A stretch of DNA of 64,000 nucleotides from positions 18,478,001 through 18,542,000 of the forward strand of contig NC_086109.1 of the NCBI RefSeq assembly GCF_963921235.1. Direction: 5' to 3'. The DNA is from Mobula hypostoma. Lineage: Eukaryota. How positions within the stretch are numbered: position 1 is the stretch's first letter; each line of letters begins with the position of its first letter. Below, piece by piece: positions 11,401 to 24,496 of this stretch. The position numbers were made by a program, and so were the translations under genes. A model generated the notes under the pieces. The model ran no database searches, was not told the origin of the DNA, and saw only the letters and a program-made list of their open reading frames with translations.

Positions 11401-12901
11401 GATCAAAAGCTCCCTTGATCACGACAACAAATTGCCGAAATGACTGGCCTTTATCCCCTAGAGCACAGAACAAGTTGAGTGGGGGTCCGTCTAACAGATT
11501 CACCACGTATGCTGGTTTATGATCATCACCAGCAGGGCCTGGAAGGTCAGTTCACACTGAGTAATAAAATTTCTACAGCCACTGAGGTTACTGGAGTATC
11601 TAGCTGGTGAGGAATACTTGGTTCTTTTCGGTTCGTGGTTACGGGAGTTGGGGTGTTAGAGGCTGAGGTTGCTGAGGCTGTTGAAGAGGAGAGTCTGGGA
11701 AATGCAGGGAGTGGAACGGACATGGCTAAGGGCTGCTGATTTGCGGCAGCAAGAGTGATAATGCTTGTCACCTGATTCTGCCTGTTGGTATTAAGCCACT
11801 GGACTGTGACTGTGAGGGCAGTAATCGCTGCCACCTAGACCTGGCTGTCTATGGTAAGTTGCCTTACCGTCGATGCGGGTGTTGACGCCTGCTCATCTAG
11901 CTGGGACTGGGCTTGCGGCTCTGAAAGTAGCAGTCACACTGCATGAGACATGCTGGCCAATCCAGCCACAAACCGGCTTACAGAGGACACCAAAATTGAA
12001 CTCCGAACTCCGATGCCCCGAGATGTAATAATGTTGCATTAACTGTTACACTACTGTAGCTGATCACTTCAGCTCTCTCTTTCCCTCTCTCCCTCTCTCC
12101 CAGCACTTGGGCCACAACACACATTCCTGTCAGCAAGTCTCATCCGAAGGAAATGGACCCAGCAGGGCAGGAGAACACCTAACCTTGGTCCTGGCCTTCA
12201 CTAGCCAGGTAGGAGAGAAGTTACAGTCAGTTGAAGCTGCATTCGGAGAAGTGACTACACCAGTGCAACAGATACTCTTAGAATGACAAGCCCAGTCCGA
12301 GCTAAGGTTTGTGGAGGATAAACTAAAATCGGTTTCCTACGGGTGCTCCAGTTTCCACCCACAAGTTGATTGCTCATTGCACATTGTCTTGTGGTTATGC
12401 TAGGGTTAAATCAGTGGGATGCTGGGCAATGCGGGTTGAAGGTCTGGAAGGGCTTATTTCATGCTGTTTCTCAAAGTAAATAAATAAATAAAATAGTTCA
12501 CTGACTCCTAACCGGAACTGTGCAGAAATAAAGGACAATCAGTAAAAGCTAGGCCAACAGGGCTGTTAACTAGAACTTTCAAATTAAAGCTAATGCTGAC
12601 ACAGTGGCTTGGCAGTAGTAGCTTAATATGAAATAAACAGAGTACCGCTCCTTAACAGCAACCATGTAAACGGTAGTCTTCGTCCCCGGAACCAGGACAA
12701 CAGTAAGCCGGGAGCCTTGACGTTGCTCTGCTTTTAGTCAAGTCTCACCAAGACTGAAATGGGAAGAAGGGAGTTAAATGCCATCACAATGAAACACTAA
12801 TTGGCTGCAACATGCATAACCTCGAGTGTGGTTGCCAAACCCATTCTGCCTCCCGCAGGCGAGGGCACGCAGACGTCGCATCAGAGTCTGTGGTTGTGTC
12901 A
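8420..12901 (-). mobile_element. Decayed Ty3/Gypsy chromovirus-type (Sushi-like) LTR retrotransposon, both LTRs present
   Basis: Diverged direct repeats ~8420-8869 and ~12280-12901 ending TGACA/TGTCA. Polypurine tract at 8870-8884. Remnants of gag (LLDLHQGRGTVRDYAVTF), RT/RNaseH (TYHPGSKNTKANALS), integrase (HSSGLVGQPGIQWT; KLAPHYVG) and chromodomain (GYGPEECSLVLAHDILDKSLI). Many stops and frameshifts. Confidence 0.88.
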
Positions 12902-12924
12902 CTTGAGTTCTTCCTTTCAACTGA

Positions 12925-13360
12925 ACACCTGCATTCAGTTCTGGTCTCTGCATCATAGGAAGGATGTGGAAGCTTTGGAGAGGGTGCAGAGAGGATTTAC
13001 CTGGATGCTGCCTGGATTACAGAGCGTCTTAATGGAGAAGGTTGAATGAGCAAGGGCTTTTCTCTTTGGAGCAAAGGAGAATGAGAGCTGACTTGATAGA
13101 GGTATATAATATGATAAAAGGCATGGAGAGGGTGTATAGCTAGTGCCTCTTTTCTTAGGGTGGCACTGGCTAATACAAGAGGACATATATTTAAGGTGAT
13201 TGGAGTAAAGTATAGGGGGAATGTCAGAGGTGGGTTTTTTACAGAGTGGTGGGTGAATGGAATGCACTGCTGGGGTTGGTGGTGGAGACAGAGACATTTG
13301 GGATATTTAAGTGACTCTTAGATAGGTATATCAATGAAGAAGAATGGAGAGCTATATAGG
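12925..13360 (+). mobile_element. CR1 3' fragment; its upstream part lies at ~8310-8415, split by the Gypsy element
   Basis: EVMLELYKTL.R.H at ~8375-8415 continues as CIQFWSLHHRKDVEALERVQRGFT; tail resumes at ~14042-14130. Confidence 0.75.
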
Positions 13361-13363
13361 AGG

Positions 13364-14041
13364 GATTATGAGAACACTCAGTCCTTGTTTATTGTCATTT
13401 AGAAATGCATATATGCATTAAGAAATGATACAATATTCCTCCAGAGTGATATCACAGAAAAACAGGACAAACCAAAGACTAACACTGATAGAACCACATA
13501 ATTATAACATATTGTTACAGCAGTGCAAAGCAATACTATAGTTTGTTAAAGAACAGATCATGGGCACAGTAAAGAAAAGTCTCAAGTCCTGATCGACTCC
13601 CGCGTCCCCGATAACAGGCGGCAAAAGGGAGAAACTCCCTACCATAAACCTCCAGGCACCGTCAACTTGCCGATGCCTTGGAAGCAGCCGACCACAGCCG
13701 ACACTGAGTCCGTCCATCCGAAAACTTCAAGCCTCCAACCAGCCCCTCTGATACAGCCTCCCGAGAGCCATCCTCTGCCGAGCACCTTCGACCTCGTCCC
13801 GGCCGCCGAAACTAGCAAAGCCGAGGATTCGGGGCCTTCTGCTCCGAAGATTCTGGACCACACAGTAGCAGCGGCAGCGAAGTGGGCATTTCAGAAGTTA
13901 CTCCAGATGTTCCTCCGTGCTCTCACATCTGTCTCCATCAAATCAGAATTGTGCACGGTCCCCTACTTGACAGATTACAGATATCATTCACCGAAGAGGC
14001 CGCGTGTGCTACGTCACGCCGCCATCTTCTCCTTCTCCTCC
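13364..14041 (-). mobile_element. Second copy of the ~660-bp non-autonomous retroelement
   Basis: Reverse complement of 348-1010 along its length. Confidence 0.75.
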
Positions 14042-14894
14042 ATATTGATCTTGGAGTAGTATAAAACAACAACATAACATTGCAGGCCAAAAGGCCTTTT
14101 CTGTGCTGTAATGTTCTTGTTCAATGGTCTATCTCACAATGCAGTAAGCTGGAATGGAAGAAGTCTTCCATGATTCCTGTCTAAGGACAACAAGTTGGTG
14201 TTTGGGTATTGCAAATTGCCAGTGCTGGGATGATATTATGATTAGGTTAGGGTCACGGACTTATCTGTGGGTGGTGGTATTCTGAAGGACAACATCAAAA
14301 AGGGCGTGTTTCCTATTTAAAGTTGATCTACACAGTGTCAGATTCCAGTAGCTTAGAATCGCTTAGGGAGATCCCTTCTAAGGTTAACAAAGGGTTCACT
14401 TCAAAGGGATTTGCCCAAGAAATTTCCAAATTGTGGTGTGGGGGGAGAGCTGGTTCTGCATGAATTGACTATGCTATCTAAAGACAATGCACTATCTAAG
14501 GAAACATAGCATGCTTTCATGCATTGAAGTCCATTGATTCAGGTAGCTGTGCATGTGTGCATCAGAAGAACCAAGAACACAAAGGGAAAACTGTGGACCT
14601 GATGCTCCTTGGCTCCGGTCTCAGATATCTGTACAAAATACATTCATAGTGAACATCAACATTAATACCCCACTGAATTTCCGCATCTACCTACCTCAGT
14701 CTGAATGTTCCATTTGTTCTTCAGCTCTGCTTCTTATATCAGTGCAGGAACTGACATTCTGCGAATGAGCAGCAGTGACCTTTGGCTTTCTATTGTACTC
14801 TTGATCAGGTAAAACCCATTACATCCGTAGGAGTAGCAAATGGCTTCCTAGTGATAAAATTATCATGAAGGTATTTGGTTTTATCATGGCTGAT

Positions 14895-15131
14895 GCTGTG
14901 TATTTAATATTTCAGTAATATTTGAGTAATATTGTAAATATATTGTTTGAAGCTTGTTTACATAATTCATTACAGCTCATATGTAAAGGCATGTGAATGG
15001 CATAATTCATTACGTCACCCTGTCATATGTGTACGTCCCATTAAAAGTAAAACAAAGAGTAGACATGTTATTCTCTGGCTCTGTGTTTTTCTTTCTGTTA
15101 GTTTTATGTTTTGGAGTTATGAAACATAACA
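14895..15131 (+). mobile_element. Possible short solo LTR
   Basis: TG...ataaCA termini with an AT-rich body and ATTAAA; no clear TSD. Confidence 0.35.
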
Positions 15132-15384
15132 GGTGCCAGTAAACATAGAACATAAAACAATACAGCACAGAACCACCCCTTCAGCCTATGATGTTGCGCC
15201 AGCCTTTTAACCTATTCCTCGATCAAAAAACCCTTCCCTCCTACAGCATACAGCCCATGACCCTCCATTTTCTTTCATCCATTTAAGAGTCACTTCAATA
15301 TCCCTGATGCATCTGCCTTGACCATCAACCTCAGAGGTCCATTCCAGACATCTCCCCTCAACGGTCCTCCACTCATCTTAAACC

Positions 15385-15463
15385 CAGGGTTCCCAACCTG
15401 GGGCCCAGAGGGCCCTTAGTTAATTGTAGGGATCCATGGCATAAAAAAGAGTGGGAACCCCTG
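15385..15463. mobile_element. hAT-Charlie-like MITE inside a CR1 3' fragment
   Basis: TIRs CAGGGTTCCCA / TGGGAACCCCTG; near 8-bp TSD tcttaaac / ccttaaac with central TA. Confidence 0.65.
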
Positions 15464-15562
15464 CCTTAAACAGATGCCCACTGGTATTTGTCAATGCCAC
15501 CCTAAAAATTGCACTGGATGTCCACTCTATCCATGTCTGTTATAAACTTATACAAAGGAAAA

Positions 15563-18500
15563 AACATAGAAAACCTACAGCACAATACAAGCCCTTCGGC
15601 CCACAAAGCTGTTCTGAACATGTCCTTACCTTAGAAATTACCTAGAGTTCCCCACTGCCCTCTATTTTTCTGAGTTCCATGTACCTGTCCAGGAGTCTCT
15701 TAAAAGACCCTATTGTATCCAGCTCCACCACTGTCGCCAGCAGCCCATTCCATGCACTCATCACTCTCTGCGTAAAAAACTCACCCCGACATCTCCTCTG
15801 TACCTACTTCCAAGCACCTTAAAACTGTGCCCTCTCGCGCTTGCCATTTCAGCCCTGGGAAAAAGCCTCTAGTCAATACCTCTCATCATCTTATACACCT
15901 CTATCAGGTCACCTCTCATCCTCCTTCGCTTCAAGGAGAAAAGGTCAAGTTCACGCAACCTATTCTCATAAGGCATGGTCCCCAATCCAGGCAACATCCT
16001 TGTAAATCTCCTCTGCACCCTTCCTATGGTTTCCACATCCTTCCTGTAGTGAGGCAACCAGAACTGAGCACAGTACTCCAAGTGGTGTCTGACCAGGGTC
16101 CTATATAGCTGCAACATTACCTCTCGGCTCCTAAACTCAATCCCACGATCGATGAAGGCCAATGCACCGTATACTTTTTTAACCACAGAGTCAACCTACG
16201 CAGCTGCTTTGAGTGTCCTATAGACTCGGACCCTAAGATGCCTCTGGTCCTCCACATTGCCAAGAGTCTTACCATTAATACTATATTCTGCCATTGTATT
16301 TGACCTACTACAATGAACCACCTCACACTTATCTGGGTTGAACTCGATCAGCCACTTCTCAGCCAAGTTTTGCCTCCTATCAATGTCCCGCTGTAACCTG
16401 TGACAGCCCTTCACACTATCTACGCTATCCACAACACCTTCAACCTTTGTTTCATCAGCAAATTTACTTACCCATCCCTTCACTTCTTCATCCAGATCAT
16501 TTATAAAAATCACGAAGAGCAGGGGTCCCAGAACAGATCCCTGGTCACCAACTTCCATGCAGAATATGATTCTGTGTGCAAGCCAGTTCTGAATCCACAA
16601 AGGAATGTGGATTCCATGCCTCCTTACTTTCTCAATAAGCCTTGCATGGGGTTTTCTGTCAAATGCCTTGTTGAAATCCATATACACTACATCTACTACT
16701 CTTCCTTCACCAATGTGTTTAGTCACATCCTCAAAAAATTCAATCATGACCTGCCCTTGACAAAACCATGCTGACTACTCCTAATCATATTATGCCTCTC
16801 CAAATGTTCATAAATCCTGCCTGTCAGGATCTCCTCCATCAACTTACCAACCACTGAAGTAAGACTCACTGGTCTATAATTTCCTGGACTAACTCTACTC
16901 CCTTTCTTGAATAATGGAACAACTCTCCAATCCTCTGGAACCTCTCCCGTCCCCATTGATAATGCAAAGATTATTGCCAGAGGCTCAGCAATCTCCTCCC
17001 TCACCTCCCACAGTAGCCTAGGGTACAACTCGTCCGGTCTTGGTGACTTATCCAACTTGATGCTGTCCAAAAGCTCCAGCACATCCTTTTTCTTAATATC
17101 TACATGCTCCAGCTCTTCAGTCCGCAGTAAATCATCCCTACAATCACCAAGATCCTATTCCGTAGTGTTACGAGAATACACATAAAATTAAGATGTTTGC
17201 TGGCCTGGGCTAGCATCAGTGGCATCAGCAGTTGGTCTGCCACCTGCCCTCAGGGGAAGGAGAGATAAGGAACAATGGAGCAGCGTCTGGAGATGTGTAA
17301 TGAAGGGATGTGGGAGGAAGAGCTGTCTGGAGCGGCTCCCCCCTTTGAGCCCTGAACTGTTTGAAGTGATGGACAGGCGATACCCCAGCAGGGGGATAAA
17401 AAGGGACAGGTTCGCTAAGACAGACACACACGCCACCCGAGGTAACGAGACCCTGGAAGCGGTGCGCTTCTCACGAGTGGGTGAGAAGTCCCAGACAACG
17501 ACAAGGGTGGAAAGGTACGATCAGCGGGAACCCGGTGTGTGTCCGCCCTTGCCTGGGTGCCGGGTTCACTGCAGAGGATCGACCGCATCTGGAGGAGGGG
17601 TCACAGTCGGTGACCTCAGGTGACATCACCAAGGACCCGCCCAAAAAGCTGTTTGTGAGCCATCTCGCTGGTCTGTGAGCCATCCTGCTGGTCTGTGAGT
17701 GAAGCCGTTCTGAATGATGAGTTGTTCCTATTCTATCTCTCTCTTCCCCCACATTGTCCACCGCCATGGCAACGATTACTGCGAACTGAACTACTAAACT
17801 GGACTGAACTTTGAGTCATTTTGAAATTGGTCATTTACCCCTAGACAACGATAGAGCTTGATTGATGCTGTTATCTTAATTCTGTGCACATGTGTGTTTA
17901 TCATCACTGAACTGTTGCATTTATTATCCTTTCGATTACTGTGTTGCTTGTTTCTTTAATAAAACTTTCTTAGTTCTAGTACTCCAGACTCCAACTGAGT
18001 GATCCATTTCTGCTGGTTTGGCAACCCAGTTACGGGGTACGTAACAGTAGTGAATACTGAAGCAAAGTACTCATTAAGTACCTCTACTTTCTCCTCCGGT
18101 TCCATATATGCTTTTCCACTGTCACACTTGATTGGTCCTATTCTCTCACGTCTTATCCTCTTGCTCTTCACATATTTGGAGAGTGCCTTGGGCTTTCCTT
18201 TATCCCGTCTGCCAAGGCCTTCTCATGGTCCCTTCTGGTTCTCCTAATTTCTTTCTTAAGCTCCTTTCTGCTAGCCTTATAATCTTCTAGATCTCTATCA
18301 TTACCTAGTTTTCTGAACCTTTCATAAGCTCTTCTTTTCTTAACTAGATTTACAACTGCCTTTATACATCACACTTCCTGTATCCTACCATCCTTTCCCT
18401 GTCTCATTGGAACGTACCTATGAAGAACTCCATGCAAATATCCCCTGAACATTTGCCAAATTTCTTCTGTACATTTCCCTGAGAACATTCGTTCCTAATT

Positions 18501-20362
18501 TATGCTTCCAAGTTCCTGCCTGATAGCCTCATATTTTCCTCTACTCCAAATAAACACTTTCCTAACTTGTCTGTTCCTATCCCTCTCCAATGCTCTGGCA
18601 AAAGAGATAGCATTGTGATCACTATCTCCAAAATGCTCTCCCACTGAGAGATCTGACACCTGATTAGGTTCATTTCCCAATACCAGATCAAGTACAGCCT
18701 CTCCTCTTGTAGGCTTATCTACATATTGTGTCAAGAAACCTTCCTGAACACACCTAACAAACTCCACCCCATCTAAACCCCTCGCTCCAGGGATATGCCA
18801 ATCGATATTTGGGAAATTAAAATCTCCCACCACGACAACCCTGTTATTATTACACTTTTCCAGAATCTGTTTCCCTATCTGCTCCTCGATGTCCCTGTTA
18901 CTATTGGGTGGTCTATAAAAATCACTCAGGAGAATTATTGACCCCTCCCTGTTCCTAACTTCCACCCACAGAGACTCCGTAGACAATCCCTCCATGTCTT
19001 CCTCCTTTTCTGCAGCCACAACAGTGCCACACCCCCACCTCTTTTGCCTCCCTCCCTGTCCTTTCTGATGCATCTCAAGCCTGGCCCTCGAATTAACCAT
19101 TCCTGACCCTGAGCCATCCAAGTCTCTGTAGTGGCCACAACATCATAGCTCCAAGTATTGGTCTACACTCTAACCTCATCCGCTTTGTTCATAATACCTC
19201 TTGCATTAAAATAGAGACATCTCAAACCATCGGTCTGAGCGCATCCCTTCTCTATCACCTGCCTATCCTCCCTCTCGCACTGTTTCTAAGCTTTCTCTAT
19301 TTGGGAGCCAACCACCTCTTCCTCTGTCTATTTAGTTTGGTTCCCACACCCCAGCAATCCTAGTTTAAATTCTCCCTGATAGCCTTAGCAACCCTCCCGG
19401 CCAAGATATTGGTCCCCCTGGGATTCAAGTGCAACTCATCCTTTTTGTACAGGTCTGCCCCAAAAGAGGTCCCAATGATCCAGAAATCTGAATCCCTTCC
19501 CCCTGCTCCAGCCACGCATTTATCCTCCACCTCACTCTATTCCTATACTCACTGTCATGTGGCACAGATAGTAATCCCAAGATTACTACCTTTCTGGTCC
19601 TGCTTCTCAACTTCCTTCCTAACTCCCTGTAGTCTGCTTTCAGGACCTCCTCCCTTTTCCTGCCTATGTCGTTGGTACCGATATGTACCACGACCTCTGG
19701 CTGTTCTCCCTCCTACTTCAGGATATCGTGGACGTGATCAGAAACATCCTGGACCTTGGCACCTGGGAGGCAAACTACCATCCGTGTTTCTTTCCTGCGT
19801 ACACAGAATCGCCTGTCTGACCCTCTAACTATAGAGTCCCCTATCACTGCTGCCATCCTCTTCCTTTCCCTATCCTTCTGAGCCACAGGGCCAGGCTCTG
19901 TGCCAGAGGCGTGTCAACTGTTGCCTCCCCCAGGTAGGCTATCCCCCCAACGGTATTCAAGCAGGAGTACTTATTGTTAAGGGGAACAGCCACAGGGGTA
20001 CTCTCTAGTATCTGACTCCTGCCCTTCCCTCTCCTGTCTCCCAAGGCCCCGGTGTGACTACCTGCCTATAACTCCTCTCTGTCACCTCCTCATTCTTCCT
20101 GACCAGACGACGGTCATCAAGCTGCATCTCCAGTTCCCTAACGCAGTCCCTAAGCGGCTGCAGCTCGACGCACTTAGCGCAGATGTGGCCGTCCGGGAGG
20201 CTGGGCGTCTCCCGGACTTCCCACATCTGACACCCAGCACAGAGCATCGGCCTCACACATGTACTTCCTGTCTATATTCTACACAGGCAACCTACCTCGC
20301 CTCGACCCGTTATTGCCGAAGCCCTGTTGAGCCAAAGCCTCTCTACTCTGTCGCCCGCTCTG
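15563..20362 (-). mobile_element. Near-full-length CR1 LINE (ORF1 Zn-finger plus SGNH esterase; ORF2 APE plus RT), disrupted
   Basis: CAGCQMW..HICAKC; VHIGTNDI; YRPPN..GDFNFP..SDHN; GNYRPVSLTS; YMDFNKAFD; QGSVLGPLLF; KFADETK. Frameshifts present. Confidence 0.92.
17166..18046 (+). mobile_element. 881-bp solo LTR inserted in CR1 ORF2
   Basis: TGTTACG...CGTAACA inverted termini; 4-bp TSD GTAG (17162-17165, 18047-18050); AATAAA near 17958. Removing it restores the CR1 sequence seen at 43030. Confidence 0.9.
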
Positions 20363-20882
20363 TAAGGTGTCTCAGTTTCTTCTGTTATTAATGATGCCAG
20401 TCACTTCAGAATAGCTTAGCACACGTCCAATAAACAGTACTGTACCTGTAAAAGCAACCATGCAGGAATCAGGAGAAGCTTTTGAATGTGGATCACAGTC
20501 GGAACGTGTGATTTAAAGAGAATATAGTTCCTCCCCTTAGAAGCTGATTCACCTCTCTGGCTTGTATTCAGCAATGAACCAGTCATCAAGAACAATCCAC
20601 AAACCCAATTTAGACACACTGAAGAAGATGATGTATGCGGGATTGGTATTAATTTGATAATGATGTTCACTAATTATTTACAGTGTGAACAGAATGTTTC
20701 TGAATCTGTGTAGGGAACATTTTGTGAAGGAGAAAATGTTAGGCTTAGATATCTAACTTTTATACATAATCCTGCATTAACTATTGTTCTCTTTTAACTT
20801 CTATAGATGCACACTAGAGAGAATCCTGACTGGTTGCATCATGGCCTGGTATGAAAACACTTATGCCTAAGAATGGAAAAAT

Positions 20883-21856
20883 CTGGGTGGGTCGTGTCCT
20901 TGATTATCCTGGCAGTACTGCTCCGATAGCATGTGGCGTAAAGTGAGTCCAAGGATGGAAGATTGGTTTGTGTGATGTGCTGAGCCGTGTTCTCAATCTT
21001 CTGCAGCTTCTTCCGGTCTTGGACAGGACAACTTCCATACCAGGTTGTGATGCACCCTATAAGAATGCTTTCTACGGTGCATTTATAAAAATTAGTGAGG
21101 GTTTTAGGGGACAGGCCAAATTTCTTTAGTTTTCTCAGGAAGTAAAGGCGCTGGTGGGCCTTCTTGGCAGTGGACTCTGCTTGGTTGGACCAAGTCAGGT
21201 CATTTGTGATATTGACCCCGAGGAACCTAAAGCTTTTGACCTGTTCCACTTGCGCACCACTGATGTAAATTAGGTCGTGCGGTCCGCTACTCCTTCTGAA
21301 GTCAACAACCAATTCCTTCATCTTGCTGATGTTGAGGGATAGGTTATTGTCTTCGCACCATGCCACCAGGTTCTTAATTTCCTCTCTGTACACAAACTCA
21401 TCATTACCCGAGATACGGCCTACAATTGTTGTGTCATCAGCAAACTTATACATTGAGTTTGATGGAAACTTGGCTACACAATCATGGGTGTACAGTGAGT
21501 ACAGCAGGGGGCTGAGTACACAGCCTTGTGGGGCACCGGTGCTCAGAGTGATTGTAGAGGAGAGCTTGTCCCCTATTTTTACGGCCTGGGTCCCGTCTGT
21601 GAGGAAGTTGAAGATCCAGCTGCAGATCTGAGTGCTAAGGCCCAGGTTCTGGAGCTTAGGAATCAGTTTATTTGGAATGATGGTATTAAAGGCAGAGCTG
21701 TAGTCAATAAAAAGGAGCCTTACGTATGCATCTTTATTCTCCAGATGTTCTAAGGAGGAATGTAGGGCCAGAGAGATGGCATTTGCCGTTGACCTGTTGC
21801 TCCGGTAGGCAACTTGCAAAGCGTCGAGGTTGACTGGTTGGCTGTGGTTGACGTGT
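20883..21856 (-). mobile_element. Rex1/Babar LINE RT domain, open frame but truncated at both ends
   Basis: [51 protein letters not shown] in the 326-aa ORF. Confidence 0.9.
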
Positions 21857-22100
21857 GGATGCAGTGTGTGGTGTAAATGTCTGTAATGGCGGGAAGAGAG
21901 ACCCCAATGTTCTTCTCAGCTGAACTCACTATCCGCTGCAGGGTCTTGCGATCCGAGATGGCCCAATTTCCGTACCAGGCAGTGATGCAGCTGCTCAGGA
22001 TGCTCTCAATACAACCTCTGTAGAATGTGGTGAGGATGGGGGGTGGGAGATAGACTTTTCTCAGCCTTCGCAGAAAGTAGAGACGCCGCTGGACTTCTGG
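21857..22100 (-). mobile_element. Fragment of another Rex1/Babar subfamily
   Basis: [42 protein letters not shown]. Confidence 0.75.
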
Positions 22101-22782
22101 TATTGGATGGAGAGGTGCAGTACCGAGAGAGGTGCAGTATTTGGATGACTTTATATCCGAGTCCCACCTGGCCTCTCAGGCGGATATAAAATGCCCCGGA
22201 GCACTATTCTAAAAGCAGCTCTCCAGGGATTGTCCGTCAGCATCATTGAAAACAGATGTTGTTTGTGGGATCTTGCTATGCACAACAGGGATCCCACTAT
22301 TCTTTAATCACTATGGTGACTACACTTAAACAGAAGGAGGGGACTTCAGAATTACCAGAGACCATGGAAAATGCAGTGTGAATACAAATTTCTTTTTTTT
22401 AAACTCTAGGGTTGATGCTTTTTCTGAAACAGCAGCAGGATATTATTCAAAAAAAGTTAATTTCATGTTTCACCAAATTCCTACATGATACAAGCAGTCT
22501 GAAATTATATTTTTGTTCTGCTTTAAGCTGTCTATCATAAACCAAAAAAAATTCTGAGGAAGCAACACTTTTGAAAAAATTTGTTGTCTAGTGTAGTAGC
22601 CCGAAAAAAAGCTGTGAAGATAGCATCTAACATCAGTTAGTGTACTTCACTGGAAGTTGTATCACATTCCAGAGTCTACTTTGCCCACATTTCTAACAAC
22701 AGTTACACTCAATATTCTGCCCTTTCATTTTTTTATTTGTCTATTGACAAAAGATGGGATCATTTTTATTAGGTTATCCATG

Positions 22783-23028
22783 TAGTGGCATCAGTGTCGG
22801 ACTTCGGGACAAAAGGTGCCGGGTTCGAATCCAGCCAGCCGGCTCCCCTGCATGCTTTCCATCCATGCTGGGTTACAGCTGGTGATCTCTTTGGAAGCTC
22901 ACCCGGCAGAAGGCAATGGCAAACCACTCCTGTAAATTGCCTCGTACGCGGTTCCCCACTACGTCAGAGAGACGTGGAGGGAAATCGTCCGCTAACCAGA
23001 AAAACTCTGGATGCGATGTACCTTCCTT
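22783..23028 (+). mobile_element. tRNA-derived SINE
   Basis: B-box GGTTCGAATCC; direct repeat TTATCCATGTA at 22774-22784 and 23028-23038; older relative at ~58055-58200. Confidence 0.8.
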
Positions 23029-23203
23029 TATCCATGTAACTTGTGAATACATGTAAAAGGAACTGAGTCATGTTTAACTGGTAAGCTATTTGTGTGGAAG
23101 AGTTCAATGGAAGCCACTATCATATACCGTAACAACTTCATCTGCCAGCATCTACAGATTGTTATCATGTTTGCTTGTTTACATCAAAAGGAGTAGTTTT
23201 ATT

Positions 23204-23738
23204 TACTCAGTGGCCACATTACGAGGTACACCTGTATGCCAACTCAATAATGTCAATATTCAATCGCCAATATGTGGCAGCAACTCAATGTTTAAAAGCA
23301 TGTAGACATGGTCAAGAGGTTCGGTTGTTGCTCAGGTCAAACTTCAGAATGGTGAAGAAATGTGATCCAAGTGACTTTGACCATGGAATCAAGGTGGATG
23401 GTGATTTGAGAATCTCAGAAGTGGCTAATCTCCTGGGGTTTTCACGCGCAACATTCTCAAGAGTTTGCAGAGAATGGCGAGATACAAGAAAACATCCAGT
23501 GAGTGGCAGTCCTGTGGGTGAAAACAATTTGTTAATGAGAGAGGTGAGAGGAGAATGGCCAGGCTGGTTCAAGCTGACAGGAAGGCAACAGTAACTCCAA
23601 TAACCACACGTTACAACAGTGGTGTGCAGAACAGCATCTCTGAGTGGATGGGCTACAGCAGCAGAAGACCATAGCCACACACTCAGCAGCCACTTTAGTA
23701 GGTACAGGAGGTATCTAATGAAGTGGCCAGTGAGAGTA
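23204..23738 (+). mobile_element. Non-autonomous Tc1/mariner element
   Basis: TIRs actcagtggccac / gtggccagtgag; HTH remnant SDFDHG..ISEVANLLGFSRATFSRVCREW. Partial second copy at ~30190-30560. Confidence 0.8.
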
Positions 23739-24496
23739 TATACTGTATGCTGTCATATTGAACAAAATCACCTTTGGCTGCTAGTTAGCAAACGTGGGTG
23801 ATATTCTCAGAGGAAATGTGCTCTAATACAATCCCCATCATGATCGATTATGAAAGTAAGCACTATGGACTTGAAGATAAGAGTCATTCTGTTCCAGTTG
23901 TTAAATTTTATGCTATTTGCTGACTTGCTGGTTTTTACTTTGGTATACTGTATAAAATTTCACCTTGAGCAACTTTATACTTGCCTAATTTCTCAGTTTA
24001 TTCCTTCTTTCAATGACGACATATGATTGCTGACAAACAGAGCCCCAACGATACCATCTGCTCAGCGAGCTGTTTATTGAAACAGCTGGTAGAACGGCAT
24101 TCCAGTCAGGGAGTGTCCCTTTAGTGAACTGAACAGATCTCTGCAAGCAGTGGGGCCTCACAACTGTCCAATGAAGGAAGTCATTCCTATTTTATACAAC
24201 AGAGAAAAAAAGAAATAAGCCTTACTACTGGATTTGGTATTCTTTCCAATCCCCGATAATGTATTCCATCTGTTCCTTACTTTTACAAACAAAGATTGTT
24301 TGAAGACATGAAACTAATTGTAATTACATTTTTTTTACAATTCTTAGAATGTATGAGTAGCATTTTCCACTCTGGCTTTGTTGTCTTGAACATTGTGGGC
24401 ATGTAATGTTATTGCCAGAGTGTGCAGCCACACTTCTGTGCTGCCCTGGCACATGCTGAGGCGTGTTGGTTGCTAACGCAAATGACACATTTCACT

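Noticed and set aside
14300..14768. GC-box/TATA-like GGGCGTG..TATTTAAA and a 71-aa ORF
   Set aside because: Short motifs expected by chance; no CpG island or supporting exon structure.
20839..21819. 326-aa RT ORF as a domesticated gene
   Set aside because: No ATG, truncated at both ends, and the stop is supplied by an unrelated inverted fragment; consistent with a young LINE fragment.
22783..22835. tRNA gene
   Set aside because: Has a B-box but no complete cloverleaf; continues into a SINE body with TSDs.
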